This document shows, one piece after another, positions 11,601 through 23,600 of a DNA stretch of 64,000 nucleotides (within the stretch, counting starts at the first letter, position 1; every line of letters starts with the position of its first letter). The position numbers and the translations under genes are program-made. The notes beneath the pieces were generated by a model. That model saw only the letters and a program-made list of their open reading frames with translations. It was not told the DNA's origin and ran no database searches. This DNA comes from Camelus dromedarius (lineage: Eukaryota): assembly GCF_036321535.1 (NCBI RefSeq), contig NC_087436.1, positions 70,186,001 through 70,250,000 of the forward strand. The letters are read 5' to 3'.

Positions 11601-14600
11601 TACCTTATCTCTTTAGGCCCCCAAATGAAAAATGTCTTCAATGCCTAGTGGCATCTTTTAAAGTGAGAACTTTAGAGTTCATTTCTTTACCCTTTAAAAA
11701 ATCATCTGTAAAAGGTTTTATGGAGGGTTTGTAAGATGGATCCCAAGGCATGAGGTGACCTCGTAAACATTTTAGAAATAGGTATTATAACTAAATATAA
11801 TTATCCATGAGGACACCCTTGAGGTAAACAATCTTAAGTTAACATTTTGGTACTGAAAAAAGTTTACAAAAAAAAGCAGCAGCAGGAGAGGCTTTTTATT
11901 TTTATCCTTAAAGGTATTTCTCCTAAGTTCCCTACAAGAACATTTTTACAGGGTTATAGACAGATTTCCTTCCTTCTAAAAATATCTAAGCCTGAAAATC
12001 ATGTTCTAGCAGATCATGAATTATCTTACCCTCTGTTAATAAAAGAAAGATAAAAGATTATTTTTCACATTTTGTCAACAGCTTGCAGTTGCAAACAACA
12101 GGATTATCACCTTGCAAGAAGAAATGGAACGAGTTAAAGAGGAAAGCTCCTACATACTGGAATCTAATCGGAAGGTTAATCTTACTGGATTTGTAAAGTA
12201 TTCCTAGAGAGCATGTCAGTGTGTTAGCAGAAAGGGAACCTCCAGAGAACTGTTTGGAAGCAGCGAGCATTTGCATATGTCCAGTGCACTGTTCTCACTA
12301 GACTCCGTGCAGAATTTCATGAATGATGAAGGTGATGGGAGGGCGGTGCCTCCTCTTCGGCAGATACTCCTTGGCTTCACCACCACCCGTATCTGTTTAG
12401 GGACTTCGAGAAAACAATCGAATTCAATTCCTTGTTTTTATGTGCTAATGATTTGTACTGTATTTAAGTATTCTATTATATTAAATATACCATTATTTTT
12501 AGACCTTGTTACTGTTTTACAGGAAGTGTTTATCTCATACCACTAGGAAAGAGTTACTACACAAATGAATTTTCTGGGTAACTCGGTCCCTTAAAGTGCC
12601 AAACTTTTTATAGATGTCTAAACATATTTTGCAAACCTTTTATGTATGCACAATTCTAAGCCTTCTTAAGTAGAGGATATAACTTAACACATTTAGCCCT
12701 TTATGATGACTGAAGATCATTATTATCAACATTGGCAACTCTGTACTGAATTACCGTGGTGCTACTTTAGGGAGCTGTTGAAATTGATTGCTTCTAGCAC
12801 CTGTACTTAAATATTCCCAGATTACTGTGGGTGGTTTTCTGCCTTTTATTTCACTGGCATCTCTTACGTCTTACTGCTGTTAGCACTACTCTCTAGAAAG
12901 GTCTCCCTTCTCCTTATCCTCATGCTTTTAACCTGCTGTGACCTAGGAATGCGGAAATCCAGTTATTAAAATGGTTCCTGGTGGGGAGGGTATAGCTCAG
13001 TGGTAGAGTGCGTGCTTAGCATTTATAAGGTCCTGAGTTCAATCCCCAGTACCTTCTCTAAAAATAAACAAACCTAATTCTCTCCACCCCACCACCAAAT
13101 TTTTTTAAATTAATTAATTAAATAATACAATAATAAATAAATATATTTTTTAAAAACTAATAACCAGGCTCTGAGTGGGGACAAACATGAGTAATATGTT
13201 TCAGTTTAATTTGTGGAGTTTGTTAAAAAAAAAAAAAACTGTCTTCTCTGAAGAATTTTCTGGTGAGCTGCTCATCTTTAGCTCTGATCTCTGGTTGGTT
13301 GGATCATCTGGTGGATGGTCGGAGACACCAGATGTGAGATCTCTGGAGGAGGACAGTATTACCATTTGAACCTTTGGCCCAATTTATAGTGTATAGTGAA
13401 TGCTGTTTTGTTTTTAGAGGATGATTTTTAAGACTTCTACCACTTGGTTTGGTAAACTGTTTAGGACTTTAAATAAAATGAGAAGAAATCTCCCATTCAG
13501 CTTAAGAATTTTTAACTTAGTGAACCTCTTCAGTTTCTTTGTTGGCTTCGCTCATCCTCATATGCGCTTAGGTATGATCATTTTCTTTACTGAATAGCAG
13601 TGCTAGTGTCAGCCAGCCGTATAGATTCTTTAAGTCGTTAAATATGTACTATTTTATTTATCTTTTCAAGGGTCCTAAGCCAGACAGAACTTCAGAAGGG
13701 CAAGCACTGAGTGAAGCAAGAAAGCACTTAAAGGAGGAGACACAACTACGACTGGTAAACTTTGCCTACATTCTGACAGTTCAGGAACACATTAAAACCT
13801 AACAGCTGACTTAGGGGCTTTCTCTCCTAGACAAAAGACTGTCAGAGGTGTTCTAAGAGATTTTATGAATCCTATAAAGTTGTTTCTCTTTCTTATAACC
13901 CATATTCCCTATAATGCTTCCTCAGTCATTTTCTGAATATTCTCAACAGCCAATAGGATTTTGCCAAACCTTATTTTTATTTTCTTTTTACTTTTATAGT
14001 TCATGTTGCAAAAACATTAGATATCTCCCTTCCTACTTCAGCCTTACCCCTGCAAAGATCTGTCTCCTTGGACTGGGCAGGAGACCTCTCCTCTCTCCTT
14101 ACTAAGAATCATTAATGTAGAATTGTACTCTTTTACTTTTAGTTGTTATTTCTGAGTTTATTCTTGTTCTTATACATAAATAGAAACGTGTTATCAGTAT
14201 TAGTCTTAAAATATTTTTGGAAATTAAGAATATATATATGCATATATATAAGGATATATAATAAGGAATAATTCTCCTATAATAGATTTTACCCAAAGGT
14301 CAGTGTATTAATGCACCCATGGTATTAGTACATCAACTCCTCCTGTAATTTAGACAGTATGACAACCAAATAATCGCCGCCAATAATGTCTCTAAGAATA
14401 GGGAGAAGCCTGAAAATAAGCACTGACCCGATTTACAGTTTACCACGAACTATCAGTGCATAAAACGGAACTTCAGGTCATTTTATCATGTTACTTTAAC
14501 AATAATAACAACTTGAAATAATTATCATTTTCCTTCTATGTGTTTGTGGATTCAATCTCAATATACTTGCCATAAGGAAGGTCCTAGGAATACTATAGGC

Positions 14601-17600
14601 CAGCATTTTAAGGAGCATTCTGATTTGTTTTCTTTTATGCTAACTCTGTACAGAGGAGTGCCTCAGTTAAGTGGCAAGTGAAAAAAATCTTACACAGAGT
14701 TTTCCGCATTCTCACACCACATTAAGATAAATGTTTGTTAGGAAGGGAACCAAGCAAGGAGACAGGTTCTAGATAAGCCCTGGGCAGGAAGAACCTTAGA
14801 TCTTTGTACCTCTGATCATCCAAATAATGTTGCAGTAATAATGGTTGAAATAAAAGGGGATTTCATGGTAAGTGAATATAAAAATTCAGTCAGCTATATT
14901 GACCATTCCCAGTAAGTGAGATGTTACCCTGGGGACCCAAAGTATTTCTGGGGTTCCTTGGGCTTTTGAAAATGGCAGCAGCCTCCAAATTCCGGCAGCT
15001 TCACTTTGTGCTGACTGCTGTAACACTTTATGTATATTTCTATAATAGGATATGGTGTCAGTTGTCTATTTGAATATCTAATGAAGTGCCTCAAGGATGC
15101 ATGTATTTTAGACATATTAAATAGCATTACCTGGGGCCTACCAAGCTTTTCAGATTTGTACATTATTGAATAAATGTTACAGTAATTATCCTAATTGTTA
15201 TTATTCTTGTTGCTAATGTCTCTGCACTGAATGACAGCTTATAGCTATTTTGCCAGATTTCAGACCTGAGAGCTTTGGTCTGCCTTTTCCTGTGGAATTT
15301 TAGGGTTTTTACTTGAGGAAGGAGAGAGTAAGCAGTTTGTTTCTCTTTGTGGGGCAGGATGTTGAAAAAGAACTGGAGATCCAGATCAGCATGAGGCAGG
15401 AGATGGAACTGGCTATGAAGATGCTGGAGAAGGATGTCTGCGAGAAGCAGGATGCCCTGGTGTCTCTGCGGCAGCAGCTGGATGACCTCAGGGCCCTTAA
15501 ACATGAACTTGCCTTTAAGCTGCAGGTAAGAGGACTGTGAGGAACAGGCTCACTGACTCTCTGAAGTCCCGGGGCTTCCCTCTGCCCTCTTGTTCTCTAG
15601 AAGCACACTTGACATACAAGAGGAAAGAGTCACGTAAACCACTCCAGGAATCAGACCATTGTAGGGTCCTGGACTGCTGTTCTGGAAAGCCACGGTCACT
15701 TTTCACATTGTAATGGGGCAAGGGGCTCTTTTTCATCCTGTAGGATAATTTCTGCTCTCCAGCCTAACCTGCCAACTGAGTTATACAGGTAAATTAATGA
15801 ACTTTCTGATGTTGATTTTTGAGACAAAACTGCACATCACAATACTAATTTTAAATGTTTCTTCTTATTTTTTCCTCCATTTGAGAATTAACCCATATAC
15901 AAATATTTGGGCATTTCCATTTCTCTGTTCCCCACTTACCGTTAGGTTGCAAAGGCATGTGTGATTTGTTTCAGTATTTTGTGTTATATATACATCACTC
16001 CTAACTCTTCTCCCTAACAGAGTTCAGACTTAGGAGTAAAACAGAAAAGTGAACTAAACAGTCGCTTGGAAGAGAAGACTAATCAGATGGCTGCTACCAT
16101 TAAACAACTGGAACAAAGGTAACAGTGCTGTTTCTTTAGTGAAACACTTCAGACATTGCGTACTGGAAGTGACGAGAGTGTGACGTGTGTTTGGCAAACA
16201 GTATATGGAATTCTACCCGCTTAACATCAGTCATGCTGGTAGAAAGAAAGCCAATTAAACTGTATGTTTTTTAAGATATCACTAAAAACATTTCAGTGTC
16301 ATGTGTTAGAGGAGGGGTACTTATAAGGATGAAAGGACTTTTAAATCTGTTTGTGACTGTGTTATTTTATTGCTCATCACTCAAGTCTTTGAAGGCTTTG
16401 GGGCTGGGCAGTGGAGGGGTGCTGAAGGCCCTTCTGATCACGGTAACCCCTTTCCCCTCCTCTCTCATCTCCTTTTTTTCTCTGCTTTCTCCTGAACAGT
16501 TAGTTCCAAGGCTCCCACTGTCGCCTCCCACCCACAACTCTCAGATCTGTCAGTCTCCAGCTCTGTCCTCCATCTGGAGCCCAGTCTTGCATTTTCACCC
16601 TCTGATCAGCTGTTCCCACCAGTACCCACAACTCAGTCTGCCCAGAGTACATCCTCTCCCCGTGCTACTCTCTTCTCTTCCTGGTGGCTCAGCTGAAACT
16701 TCGAGACTGAATGAGCCACGGTCATTAAGTGTTGTCAGCCTGTGCTGCCGCCTGTAACGCCCACTGCTCACCCTTCTTGCTCTTGAGCAAAGCTAAACTA
16801 CTTACTGGCCCCTGGACATATCTTTCCTAATAGTTTAACCAATTAGAAATGCCCTTCCTCTTCCCACTCCCATGTTCTCCAGATACATTTTTTATGTTCA
16901 TGCTCAAATGCCACCTACCCAGAGCTTCCTCTGATACTTCTTCCCGGCTAAAAATAAACTGCCAGTCTGTCCTTGCTGGAATTCCCATAGTCTCATGGCT
17001 ATACCTGTCCGTATGTTCATAGCACTTCTCACTTTCGGCCTCACCTCATAAAGCCTTAATATGTGTAACTGATCTGATGAGAGTGTGAGTTCCTTGAGGT
17101 TAGTTAACTAATCCTTTAAGTTCCCTCACTGAATCTGTCACAGTACCTTGAATGTCCAGGGCAATCATTTAGTAGAAGTGTGAATGAATGGACGAGTGGA
17201 TGGCTTCTTTTATTCAGATGGTACTTTACCAGGGGGGCCCTGAACAGCACCCCATATTATCGTTAACTCAAAAGTTAATTGCAAATTAATGAATAAACTT
17301 GAAACTTCTTGTTTGGCTGATTTTAGATGAATTTTAAATAAGCTTTTTTAAAAGTTTAAAAAAAGTAGGAAGCTATCTAAGTGGTTGCTCATAGCAGTTA
17401 CATGTTTATGATTTAAAAAATCAACTTTACTGTCCATAAATTATGTTTTTGAAATGTCAGATTATTTTTCAATGGATTTTTGTCTTGGCATTTAAAACAA
17501 ACAGACCTAAAGTAATGACTTATCTCTTCAAGGATTAAGCTGACTTATTCTCTTGCTATTTTTGTCTTTCCTACTTATTCATTTTCTCATTCCCCTTTCA

Positions 17601-20600
17601 CTTCATTTTTATTTTTTATTTTATTAATATAGTGAAAAGGATTTGGTGAAACAGGCAAAGACCTTAAATAGTGCAGCAAACAAACTGATCCCAAAACATC
17701 ATTAGGCATTTTGCAGCTGGTCACCTCGCAAGTTGGATGTCACAACTTAATCGTAAAGGGAAGAAATCAGAAAGTTATTGCATTTATGCTCTGATTCTAT
17801 ATAAAATGGCACCAAAAATTGACTTTGAATTTACTGGATTTAAAAAACAAAAAAAGTTTGACATATAGGCTGTGTTTTTATTTTTCCTTCTTCATTTTCT
17901 CCCCAGAGTTAGAAAATTTAGCATAAATTCTTCATTAAATGCCAAATAAACTTTGAGAAATTACTTCTGAGTTGCCCAATAAAATAAACACACCATTAAA
18001 AAAATCCTAGGGAATTGAAGCTCTGTACATATATGATCGATGCTTTTACAACCCAGTCCCCGACAATACCAGTTTTTAGGTGTGATGTCTGTGTCCGTGA
18101 GCCTGTTCTGCCATTGCGATGTGATGAGAGGTGACTACTGTTGGTCTCGGGCTCTGAAGTAGCTCTGTGTCTCTTAGGCCGTGACCCCTTTTCACTTTCG
18201 TTACCTAGGTTTAATCCCCAAGCCAAGGACAAGTACTTAGTATTTCACTACAGTTCTATTCTCAGTAGCCAAGATTGCTTGCAACTTTTTTGCCTTAGTG
18301 ACTTTGGGGAGGGGGAAACAGCGTCCTTACATTTCTTTAAAGTCATAGGGATAAAGTTAGTGGTTAGGTAACTTATGATAACACAATAATGTGGAAGCTT
18401 GGGAAAACCCTCTGATGTTTGTTATCTTCTACCTCTGCCATCTTCCTGCAATTCCACTTCCTGTTGAGGTAGCTCAGAGAGAACAATTCTAATTAAAAAC
18501 ACTCCTCTCCTATTAAAAAAAAAAAAGCTACACATTTTTCAAATCTATCCTGCTTTTCCTTTTGGAGTAAAGACGACAAGGCATAGACATGAATGATGGC
18601 TTCCTGCCTCTCGTTTCTTGCCAGCTACATTTATTTAAGAGTTTCTGTTACTTTTTGTTCATTTGGAGATTTGCTTAAGTTTCTAGGAAAATAACAGTCT
18701 AATTATTAGAAAACCATTTCAGAGTAGGAAATTGACAAACTTATATTCATTATTATTATTATTTAGTCTAAAAATAAAGATTCCCAGTGGGTGTCCGTAG
18801 ACAGTAATTAGTGGGACTTTTATTCCTAAGTGACCACAGATCTAACCGTTTCCAGGCTTTACATTGTAATAATCCTATAAATACTTCGATTTTTTTTTAA
18901 TGACTTTTGATTTAGGGGGGACAGGCTTTACATAAGCCTATATTCCTTCAAAAAAATCTTGGCAAAATTTTTTTCTTTTTTCTCATTCTGATAGGATTTG
19001 CAGCATTTCAGCTGCTTAGATGGGGTCAAAGATAGCCCCTTTGCTTCCAGCTTTTGAAATTCTTTACTGTCTTCTTGGAAAAACCAGAATTAAGAGAGTA
19101 AGATAGATTTTATGTGTGTTTTTCCAGGTCCTTGCAGACTTGACTTTGCAAAGTCAAGTCAAAGAGCATCTGACCAACCTCATGGAAGATCCTGTGCTTT
19201 TAAACTTAGTTAGCTCTTATAATTTTGCACCTATTCTTACTTCATCAACCTTTTATGGTGATGAGTTGCCTCTTCTATAAGCATTTGGAGGTTGTACTCA
19301 AACACCAAAATAAAGTATTTTAATGAGTACACATAGCATGCTTCCAAATTCTATCATATGCAGCCCCAGATACTTCACCTTCGAACATGCTTCTTTATAG
19401 GTGCAAAGTTATAGGATATGTAGGAGAAAACATTCATCAGAATCTTCCAGAGAATCTGGGCAGGAAGCTTAGGCAGGCCCAGTGCTGAATTGTTTGTCAC
19501 ACACCACTCGGTAGAAATGGAAAAGGAAAGAGATGGCCAAACTCTGACAGAGGCTTTTCTTTATGTAAAAATTCGAAGCCTGAATAAAGGTTGATGTATA
19601 ATGTCTGATGATTTAATATTAATGTGTGATTTAGGGAAGGGACCAGGAAAATGTTAAAAATGTTTTAATTCCACCTATAAGAAGGTAGTTGCCCATTTGC
19701 AAGTTCCAGTTATGAGTGTAAAATAGAAATATAAAGTACCAAGCCTATTAGGAAATAAAAACAAACAAAAAAGTAGATTTGACTTTAATTACTGTGTACT
19801 TGAGGTTGGCTTTGGATATGGATTTTCTAAAAAGTGATGTTTTATTGTTTATCATCTAATGGCTGTAAACTGTAGTACTAGAATAAAAAAAAGTGGAAAA
19901 TCAACTTTTCCTCTGCCTGGTTCACCTGCATCTTGCTTTTTTTGGACAAATTTGTTTCTTCGTCATCTTTTTTCCCCTATAATTTCTTCCTGTGTCCTGC
20001 AAAGTTTTTTTTTTTCCCTCTTTCTGTCTCTCCCTGCCTTCTTCCTTGGGTTATTTTATTTTGTGTTGTGAACTTGGTCTTCCTCCCCACCATGGCTTTT
20101 GTTTTTTATCACAAGTTCCTATGGCTCACATCCAGATTGCGCCAGGCTGAGCGAGGCCGCCAGTCTGCTGAGTTGGACAACCGGCTCTTCAAGCAGGACT
20201 TCGGAGACAAGATCAACAGTCTGCAGCTGGAAGTGGAGGAGCTCACCAGGCAGCGGTGAAGAGAGGGCGGCTGTAGCGGGCTGGGTGGTTGCGGGAAGTG
20301 CTAAGGCCTGACAGCATCAGAAGGGGGTCTCCTGAGCCAGCTATGTGCGTTCTGTCTCTCCCATGCCCTTTGTCCAGAATTAGAATTCAGAAAGCTTCAG
20401 ATACATCAGCATTCCCCAAATCTTGTCAACATCCTTTGCCATCAAAGAATTAGGAAATTAGAACCCAAGATCCCAGATAAATGAGGAGTAAGAGAATTAA
20501 TAGCCGACACAACACTAATAATCACAGTTGGGAGTTCCTGAAGTCTTACCATGTGCCAAAGACTTTACTAAGCATTTTATGTGCATTCTCTCCTAACATC

Positions 20601-23600
20601 TCCCTGTCACCTATTTGTAGGTGATCCTGTTGCCCTCATTTAAATTAAAGCTTTGAGGGCTGAAATTGTCCAAATTCACAGTTAAGCTAGTAAGTGGTAA
20701 CACCCAAAATTAAAAGCCTATTTCACTTTGACTCCAAGCCCTTAACCACTTTTCTATACTCTCTGTCAGATGAGACTCCCTTCTGTACCTAAAGCACTGA
20801 CTTCAAACAAATCAGACTGTGTTGTTGGATATAAAAGCACATGGCTACTAAGGACGCTAGTGGTGAAGAGTATTGCTGGGGATTGACTACATAACTGTAA
20901 AGAGAGACCAGCTAATTAATATGTAATGGGACTGTGGTGTCAACACTTTCATACTGTATCTTGCTAAACATTAGTAAATACTATCTTTCAGTATAGTAAG
21001 TCCTACTAATTGTCATTCAGTTGACCACACTCTTCATTAAGATTTAATATTAAATGTTGATACTCAGAGTGGTGACCCCTCAGGCACTGGGAGATTCCAA
21101 AGTACATTCTTAATCATCCAAGGAGGATTAAACATGTTGAATGTTTTGGGGTTTTTTTTTTTTTTAGGTCGGGGGTGGGTAGTTTTGTTTATTTCTTTCT
21201 TTTTTAAATGGAGGTACTGGGGATTGAACCCAGGACCTTGTGCATGCTAAGCACGCACTCTGCCCCTGAGCTATACCTTCCTCCTACTCCCCCCAGAATG
21301 TATTTTAGAGCTATTGGTTTCATTGTATTATATTTCAGTACTTTAAAACCTGGTTGTCCATCTATATCTGGTAACTTTTTATTAATCAAGTATTAAAATT
21401 TAATTACTGAACTCTAAGAAAAGGGTCTGTCATTCTTTAGAAAATATGAGTACAGAAATCAAAGTTTTCACCCTTTTCCTCTCCTACCTATCCCAGGAAC
21501 CAGCTTGAGTTAGAACTAAAACAGGAAAGAGAAAGAAGGTTACAAAACCACAGGAGCAGCCCAGGGAAGGGTTCCCAGAAGCAAGAATCCAAAATGGTAA
21601 TATTTGTTATTCCCTTGTTCATTTACTTAAGTTTTAGAGGCTACCTTGATGGGCTGGACCGTTTTCTCGCCTGGAACAAGTGCTTAATAGCTAAGGCCTC
21701 GAGTATGTAGACGGCCGGCAAGAGCTGGAGTGGACACATAGACGCTCGATTCTGAGTGCCCCTGGGACACCCTCTAACTTGATTTCATTTGGAAAACGGG
21801 ATCAATAACCATGATTTCCAGTTACCCTCTTATTCCTTTCAATTTGTTGAGTAAGGTCATTTTGGTATTTTAACAAAAATAACTGTTTCTTGGACTTCTG
21901 CTGGCTAATATTTTTAGTAATATGTTATAGTAACCCCTCCCCAACCCTGAATCCCCCTTTAACAGAATTGTCTTAAATGTGGGTTTGCTTCTGTGCAACT
22001 TTTTCAAATTATGAAGTTTTCAGTTTTAGCATACTCAGGGTACTTCTCTTGGGAAAATTAGAAAAAGAGGGAGCTAGGCTTGGGGAAGAGAAAGTAATGT
22101 AGAGTGGTTTAAACAGCAGGAACAGTCTCAGGAGAGAGACTGTAGTGGTGAAGGAGCTAAAATTGGTTTAAGGTCGTCTCTGGGACCCAGGAAACAGAAG
22201 CCAGCCTCTTGAAATAATAAATCAGGAAAGCATGAAATACTTTTTCTGTCAAAGACAAACCACAAGGGGAAAAATTACCTTTTTTGTAAATATTATATAT
22301 AACAAAGCAGGACAAATTTATAAACTTCTTACTTAAAATTTCTAGAGAGTGAGCTGCTAATTTGCTGGAGGATAGAAAAGTGGTAAATGGAAACATATTA
22401 CATAGTACTCATTACCACTGATTTAACGTGTGCAAAGTACCATTCTCTCTGTGGCAGGCTGTCTTTATTAGTTTAGCAAACATAAAATCTGCTTCAAAGG
22501 GCTTGCAGAGATTTACTTAAAATCTTGGCCTATCTTACCCTGTTTTTCCAATGACGCCTTAGATTTCTCAATCTTGAATCTGCCTGCAATGCAAGGGTTT
22601 CCAGGAGTGGTCTAAGAACATGCGTCCTGCTTTTGGAGGCTGATGGGCAAGCAGTTCAGAGCAGACAGCAGTGTGTGTGCCACAGAAAGACTTTGTCCCT
22701 AGAAATGGCCCAGGCAGGGCTTAAGAACATTGTCTGGAACTTTACATTGGTCATTCAGAGTAGAAAACCCCTTGAGTTGTATACGCTGTAGAAGTTGTCA
22801 AGGCAACTACTTGGCTGCGTGTCTAGAGGGTGACACAGTCTGCTGGATACAGCCATGCCTGGTGTCACCAGTTGTCCAGAGCTCAGCTGGGGGGAGGGGT
22901 GGGTGTTTATTTTTTCTCTTAAGAAGTAACTGATACCTTGAGCCCACTTTGTAAGTAAATAGGATACATTCTGAATTTCATTTGAATCTCAATAATTAAA
23001 GAAAATATCTACTCTGAAAATCATTTGTTGTAAACTCTATGAGAATGTATTAAGAAACTACTTAGAACAAAGAATGAAGGAAAATATCTTGAAAGTTAAA
23101 TTCCTTCCCTAATTAAAAAAAAAAAAAAGCTACTTAGCTTTATACCTAAGCTAAGACAACACAGAAGAAAATGTCTGTAGCAGCGTCATTGTTTAGCATT
23201 CTGAATAATTAATAAATTGGGACTGTTTTCTTTTGGCAGGATGGGAAGCACAAAATTCAAGAGGAAAATGGTAAACTAAAAAAGCCCCTAGAAGAAAGCC
23301 ACAGGTATTTGGTAAAAAAGCATTATTAACTAAGATACAAAGTTATGTTGGGGTAGTAGGGAAGGGAGCTTCTGATGTGCTTTAGCAGTGACACAGACCA
23401 TACAGTGATCTACAGTATTAATATTCCAGAAAGACATTTTGAAGGGGGAAGTGAACAAATAAAAAACTAGATAAAACAAATTTTTTTTATTGAGTTATAG
23501 TCAGTTTACAATATTGTGTCAATTTCTGGTGCAGAGCACAATTTTTCAGTCATATATGAGTATATATATATTCATTTTCACATTCTAGATAACACAAATT

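Noticed and set aside
12983..13055. tRNA-like sequence
   Set aside because: It is the head of a SINE: A-rich tail, three dispersed copies, no clean cloverleaf
16296..16757. 153-aa Leu/Ser/Pro-rich ORF
   Set aside because: Intronic, overlaps a pyrimidine-rich L2-like relic, non-ATG start, no recognisable domain
20254..20259. Read-through stop (CGG TGA) at the weak donor of exon 20136-20255 as a fourth RUFY3 ending
   Set aside because: GTGA donors often contain a stop by default, and I found no convincing polyA signal immediately downstream
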